Shown: piece after piece, positions 1 through 29,565 of the stretch
Layout of the letters: every line of letters begins with the position of its first letter
How positions within the stretch are numbered: the stretch's first letter is position 1
From: Antedon mediterranea
Taxonomy: Eukaryota; Animalia; Echinodermata
DNA length: 64,000 nucleotides
Assembly: GCF_964355755.1 (NCBI RefSeq)
Contig: NC_092671.1
Coordinates: 15,004,001 to 15,068,000, forward strand
Direction: 5' to 3'
Notes under the pieces: generated by a model
What the model saw: only the letters and a program-made list of their open reading frames with translations
Told to the model about the DNA's origin: nothing
The model's database searches: none
Made by a program: the position numbers and the translations under genes

Positions 1-643
1 ACCGTATGAAGCAAGTTGGATAATGAACAAGTGAAAAACAAACCATGCCAATCTGTCCGCCCTAGTCTTTTGCTAAAATGAAACTGTTTTAATTAAAAAC
101 ATAGACATTATTTAAACCATTAAGTGCCGGAGAAACACATTACTGTGGTGGTGTCCACGGCCCGTCCGTCGACTTAGTCATGACGTCATTAGTATGTCTA
201 CTAGTAAGAAATCATATTGTGATATTGAGTGTGAACAAAATACATTCAACATTAACACAAAATGAAAGTGCTGCAATAGGGCATCATGAATGACGTCAAT
301 ATTATGCTTTTTTTACAGCGCTTCGAAAAATTAAAACGACTGTTTTGTTCATTAACAATAATATCTTTTACTTGCCTATTCTTATTATAATAGGCTTAAT
401 TTAACTTGAGAAAAACGAACTTTTACTTACTTCACAAAACGTCATTTCTCAAAAAAGTATTAACTTTTACCAACAGGTAATTGATTAACGTTATGATAGA
501 AATATTGTTTGTGCAGTATAAACTTGAATTTGACCGGATGTTAATGAAATTGTGTTTTGTTGTAAAGAACGTTTCATAAGAAATTCAAAGTTCACTTGAG
601 AAAGAAAGCTTTTATTGTAAGGAAAATGTGTTTTTGTATTTTA

Positions 644-16444
<15,801 letters not shown>

Positions 16445-17321
16445 GGGTAGGCTACAATATTGTCACCCACCTGTCATAGAGTCAGTTACCGATAATGTTA
16501 TATTCCATCAGTCAGTCTACAGCTTATCGTACAATACATCAATTACATTAAGTAAACTCTTTAGTAATTAATTTTGTCAGAGCCGCTATGTCTACTTATT
16601 TTAACATAATCCTCAAAAATGATCGAAAGTGCGAAGTTTGTGGTTTACCCTATTATCCTAATTCAATAAAAAATCAAAGAACAGTTTTACAGGTTCCATG
16701 CTGATTCTAGCATCACGTTCATGGCACGACAATCTAAGTTACAATCATCGGAGTCATACGGTATATTACCGGTATATCTTGGCGTCTTTGGCCGAGATTT
16801 TGTTTTTAAATTAGAGGAAGAATTGTTGTTCCGAGTTGAACTGCAAACTTTAGCTATTTATGCCTGTGGCAAACATTTTAACAGGATACCAATATTTATA
16901 TTTTCCATTGCTGATTCGATCCGAGACAATTTTTAAATGACGTCACCACTTTGATGATTAATTTACGAAAGTTATTATGATTGTAGTTGTTGCAATATAA
17001 TTTGGGTTTATCACAGTCATCATTTTGGTCATTATCTGAATAATGATAATAATATCTTATCATTCATTAAAGATATATTGTCTCCCTAAAAAAAAATAAT
17101 TGTTTAACATTTTTGTGTTGAATTTGCCATTTAATGTCACATAATGGTTATTCACTTTGACCAAAAACTTGACCGAAAAAAAAAATTATTTTCCTAAACA
17201 AAATGCAATTTAAAGTAAACAATTCCTAAATTGTCTTTCAGACAAAGGTTTTTGGTTAAAATTACCCATTTATTTTGTCTTTTTATAAGTGAAGTAATTT
17301 GTTGATTATTTTTATTATATA

Positions 17322-17851
17322 AACACAGCAGGCAAAGAACATTAATTCTAAACCACCCGGTGATATACTGAAATTTAATTAATTAATTTGAAACGATAAA
17401 GATGAGGAAATCTGTGAGAATGAGAAAAAGTCGCCCCAACCGAGACTCGAACTCGGACCGTCTGCTTGATATGCAGTTGCCCTAACCATTAGACCACTGG
17501 GGCTTTCATGGTATTGTTCAAACTCGATTGGATAGCGACTTTTTAACATTCTCGGCGTGGTACGGCGGAACAGCACTAGTCCTCAGTTGTACGCACGCGC
17601 AACAGAGATCAAATTGATACCCCCTCATCTTTCAGTATTTTTATTCACGAGGCGGGATCTCCAAGGAGATACTTTTTATATATATAAACACAGCAGGCAA
17701 AGAACATTAATTCTAAACCACCCGGTGATATACTGAAATTTAATTAATTAATTTGAAACGATAAAGATGAGGAAATCTGTGAGAATGAGAAAAAGTCGCC
17801 CCAACCGAGACTCGAACTCGGACCGTCTGCTTGATATGCAGTTGCCCTAAC
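17322..17851 (-). mobile_element. Non-autonomous retroelement-like insertion: one full 365-bp unit plus a 5'-truncated tandem copy, with 18-bp TSD
   Basis: 17322-17486 is repeated at 17687-17851 (period 365, short TA run at the junction). Direct repeats GATTATTTTTATTATATA lie at 17304-17321 and 17852-17869. Confidence 0.8.
17432..17503 (-). tRNA. tRNA-like cloverleaf (anticodon loop ATATCAA, nominal Asp-ATC; probably not a translational tRNA)
   Basis: Minus strand GCCCCAG TGGTCTAATGGTTAGGGCA ACTGC ATATCAA GCAGA CGGT CCGAG TTCGAGT CTCGG TTGGGGC G. It has a 7-bp acceptor stem, A and B boxes and a perfect T-arm, followed by a T5 run. A partial second copy lies at 17797-17851. Confidence 0.7.
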
Positions 17852-20800
17852 GATTATTTTTATTATATATATGAATAACTTTATTAAAACTGCAAAATGT
17901 TTTATTCAAAATCTGATTTTATTAATATTTATTTTTTATTATTTTATTTATATTTTTTTGGTGCAATACATCTTTAAATATCGCTATTGCTTTATTTATT
18001 AGAAGACTTCTATTTTTAAGATGTTGTGATTGTTTTCTAATGTAACGCCTTCTATGCTTGAATGAATTGTTCCTTTTCCTTCTCGAGAAAGATTAAGTTT
18101 GTAACACTTCATTATTAGCATCGCATAATCTGCTAATCGTTATTTATAATAATTCCCTACATCATGACAAGGCCTTTATGAAATATAACATTGTAATAAT
18201 ATTCGTACAAATGAAGCTACAGCAGTCAAAATAAAAGAAACGAAGCATGACGTTAAGGTATTTTGTATTTAATTTATAAAATAACAAACAGCACACACAC
18301 CGGGCGGTACAAAATCTGGTCATCATCTTAGGATGATCAACCGATAAAATTACAAGCTTTTAAAAATGCATCAACATGCAAGAAAATATACTCAGAAAGA
18401 AATCAAAGTGACAATATAAGTGTACCATCAATATAACGGTACTTTATAAGCTAGTTATTCAAGTGATCATTCATGTCAAGTGAATATTATCTAAAGACGG
18501 AGGCAGTGTAACGCTGGCTTTAAACTTGTCACTGACGTCACCACTTGTAAAAACACTAAATGTGAACGTGATAGATAAATAAATAGATAGACGTAAACTT
18601 ACAGTATTGATTTCTCTTAAATACTAACTGTAGAAATAAATAACTTTATATAATATAAAAGAAATACAATAGCTTTAAATTTACCAAAATTATTTAGTGC
18701 TTACAACATTTTTTTGATATGCAACTACACGTTTAGATAGAAGTATAAAGAACACTCAATCGCAAGACGAACAACATTTCATTACACAAATTTATACACG
18801 TCTAGTGTGGACAAAGCGAACATTACATTTAGTTTTTATTTTATGCGGCTCTCTCGATACGTGCCTAGGAGGTCACAAGCATTGCATTAGACGTCTGGCC
18901 TGCAGGTTGCAATCAGATTTCTCAGGCCTAGGCCAAGATTAAAAATAATCATCTGAGGATAGTTTCAATAATAATCTGAAAGAACCTTAATTTTTTTTTG
19001 TTTATATAACTTTTTTTAAATAATTTTAAAGATCAAAAGTAGGCCTACATTACGATAACAATAATTGATGTCGTTGTAGGTAGACAATAAGTTCAATTAA
19101 TTAATTACAAAAATTCAACTACTGATTGGAGAACACTAATCGCGTGTTCAGTAGTTCGCTAATACGTTTTTTTTTATTAGAGCAGCTTCATGTTGACTTA
19201 ATAGCTTTAAAAACAAATTTATGTCATGTTAGTCTTGTTAATAATCTAAAGGTGTGTTAGTGCAAGTAACTTGAAAGTATAATTATTAAGTGGTTTTCAA
19301 CTCTTTAATTATACACCAAAAATGCAAGGTATTTAATGCTTAAATTTACTAAGTACTAACTACCATAATCTTTTGTGGTCTCAATCCCATCAAATATTAA
19401 TATCGTATCTGTTGATGTATCACAAAAACAGAAAGAAGACAAACACAGTTGATTGTGTTGTAAGAAATCATTGTCATAACTGATATGTCCGCCATAACTA
19501 GACCGTTTATGATTACGATAGTTAGTAGTGCAAGGTGCAGTTACGTTCATTTTTGAACGACTTTTATTAAACTTTACAGATTATCATGATACCTAAAAGC
19601 CTAAGCGTTATGTGATGTTAGTACTATTCTAATTGTATTAGTAGGCCTATAAATATTTTTAATTTGCAATTAGCGGTGCATTTATGTTAGCAAAGCATTA
19701 GGCGTAAGTATAACTATAGCTAAGGTTAGTAAATATGTTATGTTACCTGGTGCACCGTTGTGTACATATACTGTGCAAGTGGTGTTAGTTTTACATAATT
19801 TTTGTTAGTAGATTTTAACATAGAACAGCATGTTAAGAATTTAATCCAAAGTGGTGTGTTACTACGATTTTAGTTTCTGTAGGTGTTATTGTGGGTTGTA
19901 TTAACTGCATAGATACAAGTGCTTCCTTAATGAAAATAATTGATATCATTTTCGTTAGTTTTTGCTATAGGTGAGTATTATAACCATTGTACAATATTAG
20001 TTAATTTGCTTTTATTTAGCAAGTGCATAGATCAATGATATATTATGCAACATTTCCAAAATTGTTCCCATTGTATTGTTGTATTAAGCGATTGACTATA
20101 ATTTTTTGATGAATTTCCAAAATAGTATAAACTTCAAAAGTGTGATGGTAAGTTGTGATGAAATATATTTCTGTTAGTGCATGTTAAGGTGCCTTGTTAA
20201 CTATTTTGATATTTTTTTATTCACAAAACGTGTATAGTAAAATTATCAAAACGTTATGTTAGAAAAAAGCGAACGCAGTTATATAACAAGTTAATTTGAT
20301 TGTTTTGCGCATCTTGAGCGAGTTCAAGAAATCTGATCTCTATCCGTCACATATAGAATAGTATGCAGCATTCGTAGTGGTACACGTTTACTATTATTGC
20401 AGAATACATTTATATAAAAACATATATATCAAAATATTAAATATTCATAAATAATACTTTTTTTTTCATTCTAAATACCAAGCGTAGCGAATTAAATATG
20501 TTATAAATATTAGTATTGCTCTAATTCTATAATTACTAGTTATATTAAAACATTTATGATTATAATAAGTTAGGAAAGAAACACCAGTCTCGCAGATTTT
20601 GTTGCAGACAACTCTGATATTGGAAACTTTCAGGACAACCATTTACTTTTCGAAAATGTAATTGATTTATTGTTCAATGTGTTACCTTCATCGTGAAGCA
20701 CACTGTTGTTTGGTACTGTAAGAAAGATTCTATATCTAGTCGTCTGCAATCCGCGTGTGACCGGTGGGTTTAATAAGACAAAAAAGTGAAACAACACAGG

Positions 20801-21967
20801 ACGCGATGCACTGACAAGGTTAGACAAAGATGTGTGCATGTACAAGTTGTGCTGTGCAAAATTAGTGACTTTAAACTGCAACCTAAGTTGCAAGCTACCG
20901 CCACCAACGACATTAGTTTTCTGCCACCATTGCTAGTCTACCGCCACCAACGTTTTAATATTTAAAAAAAACAATGCACATTAAATACGACACTGTATAA
21001 AAAAATATAATATTAAATAAGTTTAAGTTAGTGTCCCATTGTCTATTATTGGATTAGCACCCATAAACTACCATTATTCAAATTTGATAGGCCTACCCAA
21101 AACCACCTTTAAATTATTATTACAAAAAATATGGAAATTAGTTTAAAACAACCTAGCCGATTAAACCGCCGTACTGTAAACATAGTTTGTTATAAAATTT
21201 AAATATACTAATATAGAACTGACAGTACATGCATTTGATGCAATATAGAGTAAATAAACAGGACGGAGTGACGCAATCGACATAAATGTACACATAATTA
21301 CAAAACAATATTAATACTCATTTACAGTTTGTTAATAAATTTGGCTATTAGAAAATTATAAATATGATACTGATATTACTGATGTTATTTAAGCTTCGGA
21401 CCCTTCTTGTTTTAGCTAGGATTATATATTAGTCTTGAAGACTGCTTATTTGTTTCTGATGGTGATATCACATATTACTGGAGAAGAATTGCGGTTATTT
21501 CTAAAGAGGTGTTCCCTCGTAAGGAGAAAACACTGAGCGTCAATAATTTGGCAAACATTGTTTTGTTCATAAAGAGAGAGAGAGAGAGAACTTTGGTTCA
21601 TTCTAACTTTGGTTACTGTTACGGAGTCTGGAATGTTTGTGCCTATAATCTTCTATGTTTGATTAGAAGTAATAGTTGCATAGACCCTTTGCAACAGTAT
21701 CATGGCGATCCCTCCCATGTTAGAAACAAATAGCAGATTTTACTACATAATATAAAACATGCAATCAAAATGTTACATAAAAATAAGTTAAATCAACACT
21801 AAATATGATTTAGAGTATCTAACAAAAATGAGTTGTATTCAAAGAACTATTATCTTTCCTAAATGGAAAGGGTAAATGTTATAAAAAGATATACACACCA
21901 AGACGATTAGCTCACTGAAGCGGTTAGAAGCGGCAGGTCAGACGGCATAAGTAATTTGTTAGTTTTG

Positions 21968-24496
21968 TTATAAGGAGCAAGAAAGTTTTGACACGTGACG
22001 TTCATGGAAGTCCATGACATGTTGTGTATCTTTATTCCAGTCCACGACATCCTCCTTCTTCCATTCCTGGTCGGCATGTTCGCTGTTTGGTACAATCTGG
22101 TCACTATTCGTCGGCCTGGAAGCCGTTGATGAGTATTGAGGTTTGAATATTGCGCACCGACATGGTTTCAAAAGATGAGGATCTACTAGAACCTCCCCTC
22201 TGGGTCCTTTGAATATCGTTCCACAGCAGATCTTTTCCCTAAATAGTATTGAAAAGGTCATAATTTTACACCATTTCAACAACACAAAAATAAACTCTTC
22301 AGATACACAAAAGGCAAAAACATATCTCAGAAGACACCAGAAACAAATCTGGAGCGAAATTCACAAAAGGAGCATACTACGTATGATTCTAATTATTTTC
22401 TTATTGTTTCCACAATACAACTTGACGATTGAAAAGAAAGAAAATACTTACATTCTCCAGCAATTGATGTCTAAGAAATCCCTTACAGAAGGTGGGAAAT
22501 CGTGATCCGGATCGACGTTTCCTTCCTCGAGGTTTGAGCCATCTTGTCCATCATCAGAGAGATCACTTGGTGTTGGACTTGGTGGACAATTACCAATTCT
22601 GCTTTTATGTCGTACTGCATTTCCTAAACAATTCACGTATATCAATATAGAATTAAAAACAAAATTGAGAACTACCCCAAAGGGAATTGAACAATGGTTG
22701 TAGTGATGATACATTGTCCACAACATTACTTCAGAAGACTGTCGTTACAACCTCTTTGTATAATTTTTAGTTAATATTCATTATTACCTATATTTGGCCA
22801 GTATCATTAAAAATTCAAACAGAATGGAATTTGTCTTTACCTTCACTTTCCATAGTTAACGTATCCATCAATCTCATCTTTCGTATCCTAACCGGTTGTC
22901 TGCTAGGCCTGTGCTTTCTACTGGTTGGAGATCCGTTACTTTCAGTTGCCTGCGCTTTAGTCTTCATTCTATTCTTTAACATTGCTTTGTTCCCCGGCCC
23001 GGCGCGTGCATCAACCACCTGCCAATCAAACAAGAGAATTAACAGATTGAGAATCGGTAATTTCCAAGTATAATGTTAACAGTAATTTCAAGTTCAAGAT
23101 ATTGTTGTTATTTTTATATGATAAGTAAAGTCTTCATTTGGAAAATAGTTTACTTCAAACTCACAGTGTTCTTTTAAATAATATTTGCATTATTAGCATT
23201 TTGTAAGTAAAGATTTGCCAAATTTGACTTACATGGTTCCAGTTTCGTTCTGTTCCTTTTGGCAGCTTCTTCCATCGTTTTATGAGCAGTACGCATGCGT
23301 TACAGATCTCACCAGATCTCTTCTGATCTCGACCAAGTTTGAAACACGGGTTAAAATCCACTTCGTATTTCTTTGAATCTATAGGTAGAGATACAAACAA
23401 AATATTTTATTTAGAATGGTAAAATTAATGATAATCAATTCGTTAAAATCATTATCGTCATCATCAGTTTTGTCAATTTTATCGATACGATTTCAACGTT
23501 ATCAACAATATAGTTCGATACCACAGACCACCATACTTTAGTTGGCAATAATATTATGAACAACAACTAATAATATAATATTTCTGTTCCTTACAGGTGC
23601 CAAAACATATTTTTACAAATATTGGCAAAAATTAGAAATTATATTAGAGTAGAGGGTAATGTATGCCAATACTATCAGAAGTATGTAATATACGGACACC
23701 ATTTTTATTTTAAAACGACAACGCTCAACATCATCACACCGTTCTCCTTTCTATGAGTAATACATTTTAATGTGGGAATGAGTAACGTGATGGAAAATCC
23801 CGTTTCACGTACAGTTACGAATGGGTCAGAAACGGATGATGACGATGATAATAATTAACAGTAATATACATGTGATTATTTTTTAGCATATATTTGCTGA
23901 GTACAATTGATATTATTATTAAGTGAACCTTATGAATGTGGATTGATGAATTAACCACGCCCATATACATTGTTTGCCCATTGAGGAAACATTTTACAGG
24001 GACAAAGGCATATTCTAAAGGGCTTTAAAATGTTGAACTATGATTATTTGATTATCAGATATATAGGGAATGTTTATAGATAGAATGTTGTACGGTATCT
24101 TATTACAATAATCAAAAAGATTGTTGGTAAATAAAAAGAAGGATTACCGTATTGCATACAGGAAATTTGTCTATAATGATCAATTAAATTGGAAGTATCT
24201 TTATTAATTATTTGAATGGTATTGAAAATATTTGTCAACTTCGAGATGGGGGAGATTTCAATCTTTCAATGTAACAACGGCGAGACAAATACAGTGAGGT
24301 AAATATATACGACGGTTTAATTATTAAAAAAAAAGATACATTTGCAATCTGTGCAGTGTAACATCCATATTACTAAAACGAGAGAAGAGGTAATGAGCTG
24401 CTACCTACCCGTGAACCGAGAGCTCGATGACTTTGCCCGACAAATGCAACATCCCTGTATACTCCTATATATCTTAGGCTTATGGAACGCAAACAT
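21968..24496 (-). CDS. SINHCAF: SIN3-HDAC complex-associated factor (FAM60A family)
   Basis: Exons 24409-24496 (MFAFHKPKIYRSIQGCCICRAKSSSSRFT), 23233-23378 (DSKKYEVDF..RSGEICNACVLLIKRWKKLPKGTERNWNH), 22841-23018 (VVDARAGPG), 22452-22623 (SPTPSD..FLDINCWR), 21968-22238 (EKICCGTIFKGPRGEVLVDPHLLKPC..stop). All junctions are GT-AG and in phase, and the motifs are hallmark FAM60A. Confidence 0.95.
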
Positions 24497-25626
24497 TATT
24501 GCACATACCCAGATGCCTCTCTGAAACAACAACAAATAAATAAAGAATAATTATAAAATTAACTACAAGAAAACCTTATACAACTTGATATATTTTTTGC
24601 TACGCTGTTATTTTTCTTGATGAGTGTATAAATCGTATACATTCGATAATCGTGAATGTTCTAAATGTTGTAGTCTGTGTTGAGTTGTGTAATTCTACAT
24701 GTGTTTAAGTTTTATTGCCTTTTCCGTTTCACCACCCTCACTGCATAATTTCAATTGCAAATTTACAATAAACAAATATTAAAGTACCGATTTTTACTCC
24801 ATGCTTTAAATCAATAACTTTCATTGCGCGTTACAAAAATGCTCTTTGAAATCAAAAATAAATATTAAGTGTCTTTATATAAAAATTATTTACCTAATTT
24901 ATTATGTTATTTTTGGTACAAGAAATTATAGCACTTTTCCCACGGTTGAATTTAAGCTCGATTAAACTTGAACTTAGAGCCAAAATTGCTTCAGTTAGTA
25001 CAATAAGGATTAACTTCCGTAATGAATATGCTTTGTTATACTTAAGTTTGCCACTCATTACAAAGATGGCATGTTTCCGGAATCGTACCCCCAAATCCTG
25101 TTTTCGATATGCCTTGAAATTAATAGCATCCTACGGGAAGTGTTTTTGGGAAATTCTGTAACGGTCCTTTGTTCTTACGAAACCAAAGTAGACTTAAACG
25201 TTATACAATTTTATGTATGTTTTTTTGTATTTTTTTAAAGAATTATTATAAAATGACAACAATTAAAATACCTTGCAAATTATTGTTTAGAGAATACGAG
25301 ATAACATTATGCTAATTTGTTAAATTCGTTTCTGGTTTAAAATCCTAAAATTCAGTGTTTTTCTATGAGGCCTCTGTCCATGGTTTACTCTACTACAAAC
25401 CATATTTTGGATTTAGGACATTTGTTTTTACCGGCTACCGTAAAATCGGAAATATAAACCAGGTAATGTAATTCCTCTTGGCGTCAAGTTCAGAAGGAGG
25501 AGAACGCATCTTTCGGGATGGTGAAACTCGCACGCCTTTGTTCTACGAATGCAGCTATATGTACATTAATACAAAATCATCATTTAATTTGCAATGTCTA
25601 GTCAAAAGTCACAATTGTAAACTTAC

Positions 25627-25778
25627 CTATGATGTTTAAGATGAGGTAGGCAGGCTATTGACCATTACGGGCCAGGTGAAAGAAGGGGTGCGAACCGGGT
25701 TACACTCATGACATGATGTTCTCGGCAGTAGTGCAGGACAGCAGATGTCAAATGTAGCGTTCTTTGTGATATTTATAT
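25627..25778 (-). other. Possible non-coding 5' UTR exon of SINHCAF
   Basis: On the minus strand, acceptor TTTCAG at about 25779 and donor AG|GTAAGT at about 25626 bracket a GC-richer segment. The first coding exon has its own upstream acceptor at about 24521, so a UTR exon is required somewhere upstream. Confidence 0.35.
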
Positions 25779-28091
25779 CTGAAATGCTCTCAAACCAAAC
25801 AAAGAGTATTAAAAATTGCTTTGTCTGGGCACCGTGTTTCCTCAGGATTGTCCCATTATTTGAGAGGGTATATGTAGAAAAAATTAAAAAACAAAGACAT
25901 TGAACAAAGGACGGGAAAGAAACAATCTGCTGTGTAAAATGTATTTATTGACAAAGAAATCTGTATTTGATGTACTTTTGAATGGAATATACTCTGTTCT
26001 TTAGATTTCTGGAAAATAAAATTGAAGTATAATCACAATAACTAAGACAAGACTACGCGATCTTCTTGACTACGTATAATATATACTTTTTTTGTCTTAG
26101 GCTTATAAATAGCCTATCAAATTTTATCATCTGTTACCATTATTTTTTACGGTATATTGCCATCTTCATCCTATAAAATTAATATATATTACATACTAAA
26201 TAACATCACATACTCACATTAATTATCATTATTATCATGAATATTTATTAAGTTTACAATTTAAAAGTTAAAATGTACATGTTTTCGGTCGCCGTATTTT
26301 GCATTGTTTTTTTAAATTTAATATTGTATTATTTAAAATTGTTTGTAAAGATCTCATCAGGGAAAAGTTAACTCTTCCCTGATTTCATGTTATATGGCTG
26401 TTTTCATTTGATTTCATTAGTGTTTAACAGGACCTAGGTCCACGGTGTAAAAATGTCAAATATTATTTTGTTCTCTATATTATTTCTCTATGTTTATATC
26501 CATAGGCCTATAATTGTTGAAACATTGAAGTTATGATTCCTAAAAAGTAACGGAATATAGGCCTAAAGTTCATGAGCCAAATGTGCTATTTTTACTTCAA
26601 TTATACTAGGAAATTATAACGGAGACTACGAGTAAATCTGTTATTATTGTTATAAGCGTGTATATTTATTTAATACTTATTACCAAACAATACAAGTGAA
26701 AAAACAGCAATTTTGCCTAACGGCCCCCTAACGGCGGATGAGGCCGTAGTCTGTTATGGCTTATACTAAAGAGACCCACCTTTAAATTACACAGAGCACC
26801 CTTTAATAATTCTCGTTTAACTTTATATTATTTCCTTTTATTACAACGCATAGAGATAGTTATTGTTGCAACGTACTTATTTTTAATCCTGCGTGATACT
26901 TAAATGTACTTTTTTAGTACACCCCTATATTGGAAATGGAACGTTCTGGAGTTTTAATATCAAAGAGCAATGAATGACAAAGGGTATACTATACCATTGG
27001 TTTAACCCTGTGTCGCGTGGCTCTTTGTTTACTATTTATCGACAGCACACTTATTTAAGACGATTGTCAATTAAAACAATAATAAGAAATTCGAAGGCTC
27101 GGGAGTTGAATGGTAAATTGAATCGCTTTTTGTCTTGAGGAACTGTAGGTATTGGTAAACAAAGCAATTGTAGGGCCACTTCACAGCTGTTTAGGTCCGG
27201 TTCTCTGCTGCTACCCTGAATGGGTAGCCTATAGCCTATAAAGCAATATAATGTTGGATTACGCACAGCTGATATACACTTGAAATAAATACAAATCACT
27301 TCCATTTACAATGGTTTTACATTGAATCTAGTATTGATAACAGTAATTGATCTATTGATCATTATAACTTTAGATTTGATGATGGTCAAGACGCGTGGCA
27401 GATGGAGGTGCATTGAATCACCCAGGTGACAAAACAAAAGGTGAAAAAACAAAGTTACCTAACTTGGATGTGACCACTTACGTGCCACTGAGTGTTAACA
27501 ATAATTGTTTGTCTTGTTCAAAACATATTTTGGATCGGAGCAGATGGTTTCCCGATGCACTGCAACACATCCACTTCCAGTTGTTAATTACACTTTTTCC
27601 TAGGCAGTTAATATATAAAATTTAATAAAATAATACTGGTAGTGATTATAATAAATAATAAACTTACTGATATTTATTGTATGAAAATGAGCTTTAAGCC
27701 ATGAAAACCCATTACAAAAAATATTCATAACTTTTCCAATTTCCTAAGTGTACGGTATGATAGGCTAATTGCTTGAATTAAGCATACCACTGTGTACCAT
27801 ATACAACCAGCAAAACAAAAACTTATAAAATATTAATTAATGGTTAATTTTACGGTCCTTATGGTCATATTATGTCCTGCTGGTATCTAGTGAGAGTAAC
27901 GGGTATATCATTTTTATGGGCTTGCCACGGGTCCCGAACGAAAACGTGTAGTACCGGTATATTTTATATAGAGTGAACGAATGTTGATAATAAATAATCA
28001 ACATTCGTTTACTACTAGGCCTATATAAAATACTACAAAACACTACTAATTAAATAAAATAATTTTAAAAATCAACATTTTTTATTAGTCT

Positions 28092-28125
28092 GTCTTGACA
28101 TGGAGTATTTACTCCATGGTCTTGA
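28092..28125. mobile_element. P-element-like minimal remnant/excision footprint
   Basis: GTCTTGA|CATGGAGTA TT TACTCCATG|GTCTTGA: a 7-bp direct repeat flanking a 20-bp inverted repeat. Confidence 0.55.
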
Positions 28126-28684
28126 TAACAAATGTTTAAAACTTAAATTTTCCGACCCACTGTCATTTTACAGACTGATTCATTGTAAATTCCTAAAAAA
28201 AAACCTTTAATGGCGACTGCTATATTGTCGATAATAATACATATTGTATTACTATACTATTATTAGGCCTATATTTCTTGTCATATGTGTAACTTTATAC
28301 TGTACAGGCCACCATCCTCTGCTGGAATACTCCCCTTTGGCCTCCCTCTGGCTCAGGCTTATTTGTGTAGTGAAAATAGGATCCCGTAAAAATAGTCTAC
28401 CAACGGTGTACGTGTGCACTCATCGACAGATTGGCATACGCTTAAAAAAAAGTAGGCCCCACGTAATAAAAAAAAGATAGACATCTCGAATAGGAAAGGT
28501 TAAAAAAAGCATAAAATAGTTTAGTACACGCGGCCCTGCCATTTCTATCGCGTGTTGATCTTAAAAGCCTTTTTGGCACAAAAGTAATGGAGAAAGTATT
28601 ATATAACATGGAAACATGAATGAATTACGGTCTATATACACTTACTAAGGAAGGAGCATTAAATGTAATCTAATATTTTTACAT

Positions 28685-28702
28685 TGCGCCATCTAGTGGT
28701 CA
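28685..28702 (-). promoter_or_regulatory. CTCF-type binding motif
   Basis: Minus strand TGACCACTAGATGGCGCA closely matches the bilaterian CTCF core CCASYAGRKGGCRS. It lies between the divergent SINHCAF and PPP6R genes. Confidence 0.6.
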
Positions 28703-28766
28703 TTTTATGGCCTACCGATGCATCCCAAAGGACTCATTTAGTGCATTGTTATAAATCTTTTATTGT

Positions 28767-28796
28767 GTCTTAACATAGAGATCTCTATGGTCTTAA
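28767..28796. mobile_element. P-element-like minimal remnant/excision footprint
   Basis: GTCTTAA|CATAGAGATCTCTATG|GTCTTAA: a 7-bp direct repeat flanking a perfect 16-bp palindrome. Confidence 0.55.
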
Positions 28797-29565
28797 GGAA
28801 CAAAAAGGATGATTACTCTGTGACGTCGGTATAGAGGAATTATCCACTATAATTTAATTGACGCATCCGCTAAAGTAAACATATATCAATACTCTAGGAA
28901 ATTAGTGTAGATTTCACAGGATTTTATGAATTTTAGTTAATTGTATATTATTGATTACACTGACAAACAATAGATTATTATTTTATTAGGCATTATTACT
29001 TCTACTTTCAAATATGTTTGTGTATTTTCTTCTTCTGTTATTTGTTATTGTTATTATATATTCTTAATACTGTTATAGCCTCTTAAGTCAAAGACTCAAA
29101 TATAGAACAATGAGTTTGTGACCGTGGCTGTGTGTGAACTATATACCACCGAGGTAACCCCTACTCGTCTCGAAAGATGTACTAGGTACTAGTAGTATGA
29201 CATGAACCAGATGTGTACACATGACCTACTGTTTATAGTACTGTACTTTACAAGAAGACTCGTTTACCACCAGAACCATGGAGCGAGTGAGCATTGAACC
29301 CTTGTAGTCCGGTGGCAGGAGGGGGATATCACCACCCGAAAGGGTACAAATAGCCATCCAACTTTTCTAGACCAGAATTTTCCGTAGATTACGAATATGG
29401 AAGGTAATCGATCAGGATAGGAAGCGTTTTCGAGATATAAGGGGTCAAAGTTCAAAATTGACCAATTACAACAATATACTGTATTGTGTATATGTATTAT
29501 AACAAATTTATTGAAGCACAATTTAGTCTTTTATTACATTTTCAAGATTATAGGTCTCTATTTAA

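Larger units (their letters stand above)
17071..17973. mobile_element. Kolobok-like non-autonomous DNA element (hosts the tRNA-bearing insertion)
   Basis: TTAA|AGATATATTG(TCTCCC)...(GGTG)CAATACATCT|TTAA: imperfect TIRs with TTAA flanks. Same terminal type as 29566-30097. Confidence 0.65.

Noticed and set aside
19300-20300. Strand-biased AT-rich stretch suggestive of a decayed retroelement or coding region
   Set aside because: No recognisable protein motif, terminal repeat or sustained ORF could be supported by eye.
27972-28013. AT-rich hairpin AGTGAACGAATGTTGAT...ATCAACATTCGTTTACT
   Set aside because: An isolated short inverted repeat without TSD, a second copy or any RNA-family signature.
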